From: an uncultured delta proteobacterium
GTDB lineage: Bacteria; Desulfobacterota; Binatia; UBA9968
NCBI GenBank assembly: GCA_963804165.1
Contig: CAWDPO010000024.1
Location: 128,001 to 192,000, forward strand
DNA length: 64,000 nt
Reading direction: 5' to 3'
Below, one piece after another: positions 22,867 to 33,939 of this stretch. The notes beneath the pieces were generated by a model. The model worked only from the letters and a program-made list of their open reading frames with translations, searched no databases and had not been told where the DNA came from. Every line of letters starts with the position of its first letter. Position 1 is the first letter of the stretch. Both the position numbers and the translations under genes were made by a program.

Positions 22867-23901
22867 AGGACTGCTTCTTTCTCTTGGTAAGGAGTAACCC
22901 ATGGTAAATCCAGTTGTCGTCTTGTCGAATAGCATTTCTCAATCAAAGCAACAGAGCGGCAGGCTTCTGTCCCTGGTACTGCCACGGGCCGCTCGCCCCG
23001 AATTGCCGCCAACCAATCTTCCAGCTGAGGTCGAAAGAGATCGGAAAAACTTTGCGCAACTCCCTCCTTGGAGGCGTCGGCGACGCCTTTGCCCGACAGA
23101 CCGACACCTTTGTCTGGACAGTACAAGGCAACCCAATTTTTGCGAAGGTCAACCTCGATGGTAGCGTGCTCGCCGGTGATAATCGCTGTATTACGCAGCT
23201 TTCGTGTCCGGCTCAGCTCTACCACGCCTTTAGCGCCCGACTGCATCGCCAAATAGAGCTCACAATCAGCCTCCACACCCCCATAGCTGTCATCGTAGTA
23301 TTCCAGACCAGCCACTTCGCCTAACCACCACAACACCAAGTCAAGGGTATGCGCACCCGTATCCGCCAAAACGCCGCCACCTGCGGTCTTTCGTCGAAAG
23401 AAAAAATCAGATTGAACAGGCCAGTCGTAGACGCTGCCCTCGCGCACGTCGAATGCCTTAATTCGCCCAAGAACCCCTTGCTGCAACGCCCCGGAGACAA
23501 ACCGAGCACTATCCAAGAACCGTCGCATCAGACCCACAGCCAGAATAACCCCATCTCTCTTCTGCAGCCTCCAACATTGCTTGGCACTCCGCGGAAGACA
23601 TCGCCATCGGCTTTTCCACCAAGACATGGATGCCTCCCTTCATCAGCTCGCAACTGACGGGAGCATGCAAATGATGAGGCAACGCTATGATAGCTCCGTC
23701 GGCACGTTGCAAAGCCTCCCGATAATCGTCTGATACAGCGGGTACGCCGTGAACATCGGCCAATTGCTTGGCGCGATCCAGGTTGCTATCCACGAGAAGC
23801 GTAATCTCGCAGTTCGGCGTATCTACTGCAGCCGGCAAATGGCCCCGCTCCGCAGCCGCCCCACATCCGATAATGGCGACTCTAACGGTTCGTTGCGTCA
23901 T
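22863..23901 (-). CDS. Gfo/Idh/MocA family oxidoreductase (frameshifted)
   Basis: VAIIGCG, PHHLH, HVLVEKPMA, GGGVLADTGAH. Confidence 0.9.
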
Positions 23902-23923
23902 GAATTAGATGGAGACCTTTCCT

Positions 23924-23957
23924 TTCATGTCTTTGTTCGCTTCATGTCTTTGTTCGC
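23924..23957. repeat. Perfect 17-bp tandem duplication
   Basis: TTCATGTCTTTGTTCGC occurs twice head-to-tail upstream of the Gfo/Idh/MocA start. Confidence 0.9.
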
Positions 23958-24041
23958 CAAAGTAAGCTTTGTTCAAAGTCTCGTAAACTTTCTCTTTGCG
24001 CATAGCCAAAAGAGTAACCCTCCGTCTCAATTTCCCCGATT

Positions 24042-24932
24042 TCAGACCACTCCTTCCACCACCCTTCGAAATTCAACGCGAGGAAACACTTCCAATTGGC
24101 CACCGACGGTCGCGTTGTAAATGACCCCGCCATGAGATTTGAAGAAGCGTTCGGCTTCTCTGTAACCTGTTTCCATCCGTTCGACTTGAGGATCGTGCCA
24201 GCGATACCCCGGTCCAAAATAATCTGGGTGAAAATGATTGAGATCGGCAGAGCGCGAAGTAATGACGATGCCTTTTACCTCGTCCACCTTTGCGGGCGGT
24301 TGATAATTATGATCGAAACCGATCAGGTACACCTCGCGAATGCCGAGATAGTACGCCAGTTGCAGGTTCAGAAAGCTCACTGTTCCACCCCAATAAGCAC
24401 ACCTCTCAAAGGCGGGAGAAAACTGCGGAAAACTGGGTGGACGCCGAATGAAATTGACATAGATTATTTCTTTGTCTCGGCACAGCCATTGTGAGAGATC
24501 GGAGGGAACAATCTTGGTTGTGCCGCCGTATTGGCAGATGGCTGCGGCCCGGTCCTCGGCCACGAGCGAGTCTTCCACAGTGTAAAAGGTAGGGCGAAAC
24601 CCGTTCTCCTGGGTCAACAGAAAAATCCCGTTCGAACCGATGGTAATTTCACCGGCAAGCTTCGTAACATCCGTCTGCCGCAAGCTCGGTCCATTTCCAA
24701 TAACAAAGGCGCGACGACCCGCATACCGGTTCTTCAAGCGCAGCAATTTGCGCTCATTATCCGTCAGTCCGACGCCTAGACCCGCCGCTCCAAAGCGAAC
24801 CTTTTGCAACGCGCGACGGCAACGGCCCGGAGCCATAAGCGACTTGACTACAGGGCGAGCCGCGCGTAGAAACCTTCTCGCTGGCGCAGTCGTTTCTAGT
24901 TTGGCCTCAGCAGTTGTCAACACTTTTACCAC
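24042..24932 (-). CDS. DUF115 / Maf-like (MptE-like) putative glycan transferase
   Basis: RAFVIGNGPSL, GSN, QLAYYLGIREVYLIGFDH, NHFHPDYFG, YNATVGGQLEVFPR. Confidence 0.8.
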   Translation of the reverse strand: MVKVLTTAEAKLETTAPARRFLRAARPVVKSLMAPGRCRRALQKVRFGAAGLGVGLTDNERKLLRLKNRYAGRRAFVIGNGPSLRQTDVTKLAGEITIGSNGIFLLTQENGFRPTFYTVEDSLVAEDRAAAICQYGGTTKIVPSDLSQWLCRDKEIIYVNFIRRPPSFPQFSPAFERCAYWGGTVSFLNLQLAYYLGIREVYLIGFDHNYQPPAKVDEVKGIVITSRSADLNHFHPDYFGPGYRWHDPQVERMETGYREAERFFKSHGGVIYNATVGGQLEVFPRVEFRRVVEGVV

Positions 24933-25704
24933 CGTCGGCGCAGGAAAGTGATCCCGTCTCCGTCACTGGTCGCCATGCTGAACACATCAAAGTCACCCGA
25001 TTGGGCTATCTCTTGCATAAGCCGTCTGAGCGCCATGATCTTGATGGTGTCGTGATACAGCATCATGCCTCGTGGCGACAACTTTTTAGAGAAGGTCTCG
25101 TAATCGTGTCGAGCTCCATCATAAGAATGATCTCCATCAATGAAGATTAGTTCACTTTCAGGCAATGGACTCGACCAGAGACGTGTCCTGGGAGCTACCA
25201 TGATAAAAACTCGTCTAAATGCGATAGCTTCGCCTGCTCTAAATGATCGCGCGTTAGGTCTATATTATACTGATCGATTTCCACGCAATGGAGGTGTCCG
25301 GAATCGCCGTTGTCGTGCAACGCCTGAGCCATGGAGACCGTCGAGGCGCCGTTGTAGGTCCCAACTTCAATAACGTTCCGTGGACAGCGCAAACGCATGA
25401 CGGAATAGAGTGCATGACCGGTCTCGCGCTCCGCACTCCACATAACCCGCTGCGGGCGCTCACCAGAATACGTTGAGTCTGTCCGACATCGCTGGGCTAC
25501 CTCGTTCACATGGGGGTGAGCGGGCAAAAAATCTTTGCCGTCGAAAAACCAAGCGAAGACATCCCCCAAGCTAACATTACTTATGGGCCGCGGCAGTGGA
25601 GACTCGCGATAAGTGTAGTCGTCCGCGTAAAGCTGTGGGGTTTTCGAAACGCGTTTAGGTTCCTTCTGGATCATCCAATTGTACGTATTCTTAAGAGCCT
25701 GCAT
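24926..25704 (-). CDS. Class I SAM-dependent methyltransferase (Methyltransf_24-like, frameshifted)
   Basis: VIEVGTYNGAST and LIFIDGDHSYDGARHD...HD. Confidence 0.85.
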
Positions 25705-25752
25705 TCGTTCTTTCCTCCATGTAGATTCCTTATGATCGAAGCTGTTCGTACG

Positions 25753-26941
25753 TTAATAACCGACCTTAACGAGAGCCTGTACAGAGTTAATTCTTTCTGT
25801 TCCGTTCCTCATGCTAATCATTTGTGTCAGTGCATTTCGGAATTCTTCTTCATCGATCCGATAATCATAGGGACTCCTTCCCAACTTGGACCGTGGCCTC
25901 ACTGATGTACTTTCACCGATGAGATACCCGTAATGGAACCCGGCGGCCTCCGAGAGCGTGTACATTATGGCGGAAACTTGATCCGATGGGATGAGTTCAA
26001 GCACTTTCGTACCCGGTTGGCACACGGCCAAATTTGCCAATCCCGACCCGGTCCCTCCCACGACAATTGCCGCCCGAGCGAAATAGTTAAGCGGATCTTC
26101 GTGCCGGGGAGGATCAAAGACCTCAAAGCCATGCTCTTTGAGAGTCTGAACTAGAATATTTCTCATTGATGATCCGGCGCGTAGTAGTACGCGGGATATA
26201 GAGCCGCAACTCAGGAGTGACTGGACTCGGCGCAAATGTCCGACGTAAGAAGTCAACTGCCCAACTCGGATAATTCCACCGTGTGCCGGGAAAGCTCGCG
26301 GCCAGAACGACATCCGCCTGAACAGCTATGTCATTAGTTGCTATGATCCACTTCTCGGGAGGAACGCCTAACTTTACCAGCATGCGTCGTGAATGTTCAT
26401 CCGGCGCTCCGAGGTAAAAGTAGTCGACATCGGACAGTGCGAACCCAGCTCTTCTAAAAAGGTCGAGACGACTTAGCCCGTGCAACAGGAAATGCCCATA
26501 GGTATATGACGCCCAGTCGCTCGCGAGTGATAGGCAGACCCCCTTTAACTTAACGATCGTGTAGGATCTGTTCGGAATTTCCATGTCGGACACATGTGCG
26601 CCATCCCAGGAATGGTCCGGCAACAAGTAGCCTTCCCGACTGACGACCCAACCGTGCCGCCCGACCAAATATCCATTCTCCAGCTCAAGAACCCCGAAGT
26701 CCGGGAATGCCGACTCTAACATCCACTCGAAATCAGCAACTCGTTGCCCGTAACGAATGGGCGGCTTACGGTCGACCGTGGTTCGACCGTAGACTTGATG
26801 CCAGCGGCCAGAAAATCTGCGGACATACTCTTGCGATTTGAGCGAGCGCCGAGGCACAACCATCCGCGTTCGAGACCAGCGGTTAAAGGCTGTGTACAAG
26901 AGATGCTTCTGCTCCCTCAAAAGCAATTCAATCCCGTTCAT
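25753..26941 (-). CDS. GT61/DUF563 glycosyltransferase (frameshifted)
   Basis: YGHFLLHGL, RLYIPR..TRRIINE, GSGLANLAVCQPGTKVLEL. Confidence 0.8.
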
Positions 26942-26959
26942 CGCTGATTCTGCATGCCT

Positions 26960-27910
26960 TCAGATTCTGTCAGATTCATTCTCTTGTTCCGGACGCCCAT
27001 TGTGGCGCGCAGACATCAGGTAAGGTGCGTCTTTGGGGATGACGAGAAGGTCGCACCAGCCAAAGTCTCGTTTGTTGAGCGAGGTTATATGGCGCGTGAA
27101 CTCGGTGACGTCTTCCTTCACAAGCGGGTCCTTGAACAGTCTTCCCAAAACATCGCCCCGGAACCGCGTCCGCACGGGTTGCTCGACAACAACAAAATTA
27201 GTGACCAGAAACTCCAGCAACTCCTCAGGGCTGTTGCCCTGGGATTTTAGCCAATACGGGGCAAACTCGGTCGTGATCATCCAGTTTTTGTGTTGACAGA
27301 GATAATCCATCCCTCCGCGAAACACCTGGGTCTCGAACCCTTGCGTGTCAATTTTGATGAAGACATTGCCTCCATCGCATCGCTCTTGCAGGATGTTCGA
27401 AATCGTTACAGCGGGGACTTCGACTTTGGTCCAAGATTCGTTCTCTCCACGGACGCGGTTGTCTTGGCTGCCCGACGGATTCAGAGCGAATTCAACTGCG
27501 GAGGAAGCCACGTCGCTGCAAATTGCGCCAATCAAATTGTATCGTTCGACTCCATTCTTCTTCAGGTTGGTATGGATATAGGATTGCAAGCTCGGCGACG
27601 GTTCCACTAGGACCAGTTGAGCCTTTGGGAAACACTTCGCGAACACATTTGCGGTGAAACCATAGTTTGCTCCGATATCGACAACCAGTGAGGGATCGAG
27701 ACACTCTGCAATCTGATCGTAAAGATAATCCACGGCCATTTCGAAAGACGGTCGTGCGTCATATTGCAGGCCGCCAGGATCACTTCCATCCACGAGAAGC
27801 GAGATGCCGTGAATCGAGAGATTGACGTTTGAACGCACCGGCGCCGACTGGCCTATGCCTGGGAAGCGACATAACTTGCTACGCACTAGCCTAATCGTTT
27901 TCCGGAGCAT
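26960..27910 (-). CDS. FkbM family methyltransferase
   Basis: VDIGANYGF, VEPSP, IKIDTQGFETQV, EFAPYWL. Confidence 0.88.
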   Translation of the reverse strand: MLRKTIRLVRSKLCRFPGIGQSAPVRSNVNLSIHGISLLVDGSDPGGLQYDARPSFEMAVDYLYDQIAECLDPSLVVDIGANYGFTANVFAKCFPKAQLVLVEPSPSLQSYIHTNLKKNGVERYNLIGAICSDVASSAVEFALNPSGSQDNRVRGENESWTKVEVPAVTISNILQERCDGGNVFIKIDTQGFETQVFRGGMDYLCQHKNWMITTEFAPYWLKSQGNSPEELLEFLVTNFVVVEQPVRTRFRGDVLGRLFKDPLVKEDVTEFTRHITSLNKRDFGWCDLLVIPKDAPYLMSARHNGRPEQENESDRI

Positions 27911-27927
27911 GTCGTTAATCCCAGTGT

Positions 27928-29223
27928 CTATTGTGCGCCGAGTTGGTAATAACTTAGTCCGGCAACCGGTCCATCAACCTCGACTGCACATTGCTTCTCG
28001 GACCACAAAAACAGCGCGGGACTCGCAGATCCCAAGAGGTTTACTCCTAGCTTGTAACGGCCACGCTTTAAGTTAATCGGGCCGATGGTCTGCTTAAAAA
28101 CATAGTTGTTTCCGATGACTCGATTCGGAGCTACCGCCCCGCGGCTGTCGTATTCAGCAACCAAGGAGCCATCTTCAGCATAAAGGACTACGCGTATCCG
28201 GCAGGGGGCTAGAGCCTTCTCGGTCGAGCATTGCACTTGAACATCAAGCATGCCGCCCTTGGGCAGAGATTGCGGTTCAATGCTAACGGAGCCGGACTCG
28301 ATACCGTCGTCCAGTGACAGAAACGACTCGGTTCCATCGTCGGCTTCTGCGTTCAATTCAGCATAATGCTTTACCGCATTCTCGACGTCGCCCGAATACA
28401 ACATTGTCCCGCCCGCAAGGCACAGCGCCTTGTTACAGATGCGGGTTACCTGTTCCATGCTGTGGGTTACGAAGATGACCGCAGCGCCCCGCTGCAGTTT
28501 GTTGATACGGTTATAGCAACGGGCGCGAAACGCGGCGTCGCCCACGGCGAGCACTTCGTCGAGCAGCAGGATGTCAGGGTCAAGCGCTGTGGCCACTGCA
28601 AATCCCAACCGCACCTGCATGCCGGAGCTATAGCTCTGCACCGGACTATCGATAAACTTGCCGATTTCGGCAAAATCGATGATCTCATCCAGTTTCTGAT
28701 CGGTCTCTCGTTTGCTCAAGCCGAGCACGGAAGCATTGACATAAATGTTTTCACGCCCGGTCAGGATGGGGTTGAATCCCGCTCCCAGTGCGATCAACGC
28801 CCCGACGCTCCCGCGCATGGTGATCCGACCCTTGTCGGGCTTGATCAGGCCATTGAGCATTCGCAGCAGCGTTGTCTTGCCGGCGCCGTTGCGGCCAATC
28901 AATCCCAGGCACTCCCCGCGCTTCAGTTCAAATGAAACGTCGCTCACCGCCCAGAACTCGTCATGGCGAAGACCTTCCCCGGCCCGCCCGTTATCAGTCA
29001 TAGGAATATTGAATATTGCGGTTGGGGATTCCGTCGGGCTATTTGCATCCGGGGCACAACTTCCATTTCTGCCTGCTAACGAATAAGTTTTGACCGGTGA
29101 CCTATTCCCCCTGAAAGGATTTAGATCCGCAAGAATATCTTGCACGCCGTACCGCAGAGAGCGCTTGAGACTCGGGCAGAACTTTTTCGAGACCCCTTCG
29201 ACTTTAACTAGAACGTCGGACAT
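27928..29223 (-). CDS. wzt: Polysaccharide ABC exporter ATPase with Wzt C-terminal domain (copy 2)
   Basis: GRNGAGKTT, LTGRENI, YSSGMQVRLGF, LDEVLAVGD; start MSDVLVKVEGVSKKF. Confidence 0.92.
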   Translation of the reverse strand: MSDVLVKVEGVSKKFCPSLKRSLRYGVQDILADLNPFRGNRSPVKTYSLAGRNGSCAPDANSPTESPTAIFNIPMTDNGRAGEGLRHDEFWAVSDVSFELKRGECLGLIGRNGAGKTTLLRMLNGLIKPDKGRITMRGSVGALIALGAGFNPILTGRENIYVNASVLGLSKRETDQKLDEIIDFAEIGKFIDSPVQSYSSGMQVRLGFAVATALDPDILLLDEVLAVGDAAFRARCYNRINKLQRGAAVIFVTHSMEQVTRICNKALCLAGGTMLYSGDVENAVKHYAELNAEADDGTESFLSLDDGIESGSVSIEPQSLPKGGMLDVQVQCSTEKALAPCRIRVVLYAEDGSLVAEYDSRGAVAPNRVIGNNYVFKQTIGPINLKRGRYKLGVNLLGSASPALFLWSEKQCAVEVDGPVAGLSYYQLGAQ

Positions 29224-29225
29224 CG

Positions 29226-30169
29226 TCACGCCCCCAATCTCGCAATGATGTGCGGCAGGGCGATGCGGTACATGATCCAGCCGGCGAAGAGGAGAACAAT
29301 GGCAACGGTAGTTATGATGGCAAACGCTGCAATCTGAGTGGCGTCGCCCGTCGTCATCCAGTCGCGCGTCACCATGATCAATGGGCTCAGAGGATTCCAA
29401 CTGGCAACCATGGCGGCCAAACCTGTCCGAGGAGGTGGATAGACGACCGGCGTGAGAAGCATCAGAAACGTCGTGGCGATCGGTATGATCTGCTGCACGT
29501 CGTTGTAAAGCAGGCCGAGGGGAGTTAGGGCCAGCCCGAGGGTAAATCCGACAAGGATCAAGGCGAAAACCCCGACGGGGAACAGGAAGGCCGTTACCGG
29601 CGGCACAATCTTAAACCAAGTAAAAACTAAAGTGAGCAAAACCAATCGTATCAAACAATTTAAGACCACGTGTCCCAAACCAGACACAAGGATCGCCTCC
29701 CTCGGGAGGTTGATCTTGACAAGCATAGACTTTGCCGCGGTTACAGTCTTCAGCGGGCTGTTCAAGGCATCCGCAAAGATCTGCCAGATAATCGTGCCGA
29801 TCATCGCGTAAGCCGGATAAGGAATCGGCGTCCCTTCGATGGTCACACGCCTTGGGCGTTTAAGAATATAAATGGCAGGCTCGCCACCAGAGGCGGAAGA
29901 AAAGCCCAGACGTAGCCGAGCATACTCTGGCGGTATTGGGCACTCGTGTCGCGCACGAACAACCTCCAGGCAAGTTCACGCGACGCTCGCAAATCGCGGA
30001 ACATCTCGCGTAAAAAGCGGCGAGGATTTCGCAGGGGCGATTCCGGCGTATAGACGTTGACGGCAAGCGGGGCTGCTGCCTCGCTCGGGCGAATCTCAAA
30101 ACGGGGAATCTTGAGTGACTCGTTTCGCGATTCACCGTGAGTTGTCAGGTTGTCTGAAAGAGTCTCCAT
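29226..30169 (-). CDS. wzm: Polysaccharide ABC exporter permease (copy 2, one frameshift)
   Basis: RDTSAQYRQSMLGYVWAF, LYNDVQQ, LTPVVYP, WNPLSPL. Confidence 0.9.
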
Positions 30170-30351
30170 ATTTACTCAAAGGGAACAAGCATTAAACTTA
30201 CAAAAAAATCTATCGATTGCGGGTTTGTAATCCCACGACGCTTGATATTGCCTGAACCAATCCTGCGGACAAACTTCCGTCCTCAACGCACAAACCGTTG
30301 CCAATAAAAATGACCTGCAACATCGCTCTCAGAGTCGCCACCGCTGGAAAG

Positions 30352-31477
30352 CTATAGCGCGCTAGCTCGCAGTAAGGCTTCCGTCGCCTCAATCATCACG
30401 GACTGTTGAAACCGTTGCGTTGTTTCCTGAGCACCGGCGGCCAGCCTTTGTCTTTCCTCTGAAGAAGTCAGGAGCTTCATCAGAGTTTTCGAAAGGTCGC
30501 CATTGGCATTGGGAGAAATCAGCAAGCCGTTCTCCCCATCGCGCACTAACTCCGGCGTACCGCCAACGTCCGTCGCGACGACGGGCAAGCCAGCGCGCAT
30601 GGCCTCCAACACCACATGGGGAAATCCCTCATAGGTCGAATTCAGCACAAAGAGATCGCACGCCGCCATCAACGCAAAGGTTTCCTCTTTGCTTCTTTGC
30701 CCCGCGAAGTAAACCCGATCCGCCAGCCGGCGATCGCGCGCAACTTCTTCGAGCCGCTGGCGCTCCGGGCCATCTCCCACGATGACTAAACCCGCCTCCT
30801 CGCACTCAGCTAAGCGCCTCAATCAGATGATCGATCTGTTTCCATGGGACCAGGCGCCCCACCGTCACTAGGTTGATCCGAGTCGATAACGGTAGCGCCG
30901 AACGAGACGATAAAAGGGATTCGACGGCGTTATAAATCACGATGGTTTTGGTTCCGGAGACACCCCAACCGGCTACGATGCGTGCCAAGTATTGGCTCGG
31001 GACAATCACGGCATCTGCGCGCCGGGAGCAAAAACTTCGGAGAGTCTTAAGCAGCGCGACCTTCGGGCCGTGCCTGCCCTTTTGAAACTCTTCGAAGCTG
31101 TCCTTCACCCAACCCTTGCTTGTCGCGCGCTCCCACGCCCAATCGCCGACGATTTTTTGCACCAGGGGTTTGCGTAAAATGAAATTCGCAATCACGGCTT
31201 CGATATAAAGCCCGTTGGCGTACAGCACTTCGCTCTGTCGACCTTCCCGCAGTAGGGTTGCCACCGTGAGCACGAACCGCCAGGGCTTGAAGATAGCGCG
31301 CCGGATACGCAGCAGGCGGAACGAATACGATCGATCATCATGTTCGAGACTGTCACTAAGAGTGATTACCGTAACCTCGTGTCCACGCATCGCCAGGTCG
31401 TTGCTGAGGGCGGGCACATAAGTGGCCGGACCGCCGATATCTGGAGGGAAAATCCCGGTGATCACAAGAATTTTCAT
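30352..31477 (-). CDS. GT4 glycosyltransferase (one frameshift)
   Basis: GIFPPDIGGPATY, GRLVPWK, YEGFPHVVLEAM. Confidence 0.9.
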
Positions 31478-31511
31478 TGAGTGTCCCGTGACAGCAGTGC
31501 CATAAGCAACG

Positions 31512-32690
31512 TTACCGCTTCGTGACCTCGTGCGCGGCACTCAGCGCTTGGATATAAGACGGTGCGATCCCGGAAGGAGGAAAAAATCGCGCACGTTGAC
31601 TATAAATCCAGACATAACCGTCGGTTCTCGCTAAGGCCGCGCTGACGACCTGGCGAAAATTTTCCGGCGTGAAGTATTTCGGATTGTTTTGATTGTCGAT
31701 CCACAAACCAAAGCCTGCTTTTGCCTTGGCTCGGTAATGATCCGGCACCTCGCTAATTTTCACAGCCTGCTGAATTTCCTTATACGCCACGCCAAACTGC
31801 CTCGGCTCCTTGAACCCGTAGGAGATTTCAAAACCGTCAATTAGCGTTGCCCCGGAGGGGAGCGTTTCCAGCAAGCCGTCGTAAAATGCTGGCAAGAAGT
31901 TATATTGAGTCTTCTGCAGCGTATGACGCAGCGGATAAGTGTACGAGTAGAGAGAGAGAATCGCGACCTTGGGCAGAGAGCCTGTAATTGCTTTGGCGAC
32001 TTCGCGGCCCCGTTGGCGGGCCATCTTCTTGTATTCCTCGATAGGTTTGTCCTGCTGTTTGCGCTGCGCACTATACCTGAACAGTTCATACTTGTAGTGC
32101 TCAGGATCAAAGAGAAGTCCCTTGACCCCTGTCTCCGCCGCGATGCGCGAAACGACTTCAAAGTTATTCGTCACAGTGCGCCAGCGCGCGTCATCGAACC
32201 AGTTCAACCCGAGGGTCGACTGTTCGGCTGAGAGAATCACCGGGAGGAAATTGTCGGTGAATTTGTGCCACTTCGCTGTTTTCAGGTCTGCGATGGCATC
32301 GCGAAAATCTTCTACCTGAAATGCCCTCTTGCCCATGATCTGCCAGGCGAGTTGATTACCGGTATGGCGCTTCCCCTGCTGCCAAGCCCCGTGATCTACG
32401 GGCACTACGATGCTGACACCGTCAAAAGGCATCTCTTCCATCTGGCTCCAGTGCTGTCGTATGTACAGCGTATCGGGGGATCCCCAGCCATGATAGATAA
32501 GCTTTTTACCTTTCGCCTCTACAGGGGCAGGACTCACAGGGGCAGGACTCACAGGAGCAGGAGTCACAGGAGTAGGAGTCACAGGAGTAGGAGTCCCAGG
32601 AGTAGGAGTCACAGTGGTTGGCGGTGGCACGCAACTATAGAGGCCGATCACGACCAACACGGCAAAAGGCAGGGCAAACTTCGCTCTCAT
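31512..32690 (-). CDS. Hypothetical lipoprotein with Pro/Thr linker and putative TIM-barrel hydrolase-like domain (paralog A)
   Basis: Signal MRAKFALPFAVLVVIGLYS-C (lipobox-like), TPTPV repeats, then EEMPFDGV...GLLFDPEHY...IDGFE...GFGLW...DGYVWIY. Confidence 0.7.
   Translation of the reverse strand: MRAKFALPFAVLVVIGLYSCVPPPTTVTPTPGTPTPVTPTPVTPAPVSPAPVSPAPVEAKGKKLIYHGWGSPDTLYIRQHWSQMEEMPFDGVSIVVPVDHGAWQQGKRHTGNQLAWQIMGKRAFQVEDFRDAIADLKTAKWHKFTDNFLPVILSAEQSTLGLNWFDDARWRTVTNNFEVVSRIAAETGVKGLLFDPEHYKYELFRYSAQRKQQDKPIEEYKKMARQRGREVAKAITGSLPKVAILSLYSYTYPLRHTLQKTQYNFLPAFYDGLLETLPSGATLIDGFEISYGFKEPRQFGVAYKEIQQAVKISEVPDHYRAKAKAGFGLWIDNQNNPKYFTPENFRQVVSAALARTDGYVWIYSQRARFFPPSGIAPSYIQALSAAHEVTKR
32521..32610. 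repeat. Coding tandem repeat, 6 x 15 bp (T/S-P-T/A-P-V/G linker)
   Basis: ACAGGGGCAGGACTC x2, ACAGGAGCAGGAGTC, ACAGGAGTAGGAGTC x2, CCAGGAGTAGGAGTC. Confidence 0.95.
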
Positions 32691-32810
32691 TGGAGGCTCC
32701 AATACAACAAGTCTTTATTGCGGCTCATCTCGCCCCCGCGACGATGTGCGACACATCGGTCGCCGGCCCGCCGCTATCGGGTGGAAAAATTCCCGTGACG
32801 ATAAGCATAT

Positions 32811-33939
32811 TCATTTCAGCATCAACTCGGGCGCCGGCAGCACCGGTTTGGAGTCACGCGCGGCGGCGAGCGCCTTGATATAGGATTCGTCGATACCGGA
32901 AGGAGGAAAAAATCGCGGACCTTGACTATAAATCCAGACATAACCGTCGCTTCTCCCTAGGGCGAGACTGACGGCCCGGAGCAAACTTTCCGGCGTGAAA
33001 TAGTAGGGATTGTTTTGATTGTCGATCCACAAACCAAAGCCTGCTTTGACCTTGGCTCGGTAGTGATCCGGCACCTCGCTGATTTGCACCGCCTCCTGAA
33101 TTTGCCGATATCCCGCTTCAAAAAGTCTCGACTCCTTATACCCATAGGAGGGCTCATAACCGTCAATTAGCGTCGCCCCGGACGGCAGCGTTTCCAGCAG
33201 CCCGTCGTAAAATGCCGGCAAGAGGCTATATTTAGTCTGCGCCAGAGTCTGAAGCAGCGGATAGGTGTACGAGTAGAGAGAGAGAATCACGACCTTGGGC
33301 AGCGAGCCTATGATGGCTCTCGCCACCTCGCGGCCTCGTTGGCGGGCGATCTTCTTGTATTCCTCGATAGGTTTGTCCTGCTGTAGCCGCTGCGCATTGT
33401 AATCGAACAGGGCGTAATTATAGTGCTCCGGATCAAAGAGAAGTCCCTTGACGCCGGTTTCCGCCGCGATGCGCGCAACGACTGCAAAGTTGTTCACCAC
33501 GATAGGCCAGCGCGCGTCGTCGAACCAGTTCAACCCGATGGTCGACTGCTCGGCCGAGAGAATGACAGGGAGGAAATTGTCGGTGAACTTATCCCACTTC
33601 GCTACTTTCAAGTCTTCGATGGCATCGCGAAAATCCTCTACGCGAAATGTCCTCTTGCCCATGATCTGCCAGGCGAGCTGATTGTTAGTGCCACGTATCC
33701 CCTGCTGCCAAGTAAGTCGATCGACAGGCACGACAATCCCGACGCCATCGAACGGCATCTCTTGCATCTCACGCCAGTGGTCCCGTATGTACAGGGTATT
33801 GGGAGATCCCCAGCCGTAATAGATAAGCTTTCTGGCTCCTGACTCTTGGGCCGCAGCCGGAGTCGCAGACAGCGGCACACCATTGACCAAGGCCCATTGC
33901 CGCTAACAGAAGAAAAGTCAGAGTTAACTTCACAGGCAT
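32811..33939 (-). CDS. Hypothetical exported protein, tandem paralog B (frameshift in signal region)
   Basis: Highly similar to 31512-32690 (KLIYYGWGSP, NQLAWQIMGKR, DPEHY, GFGLWIDNQNNP); N-terminus MPVKLTLTFLLLAAMG is a signal without a lipobox. Confidence 0.7.

Noticed and set aside
23942-24041. Possible gene relic between the DUF115 and Gfo/Idh/MocA genes
   Set aside because: No motif or internal homolog identified; only the 17-bp tandem duplication is solid.
32521-32610. Possible CRISPR array
   Set aside because: Contiguous 15-bp coding repeats without spacers; no cas genes or repeat-spacer arrays were seen anywhere in the window.
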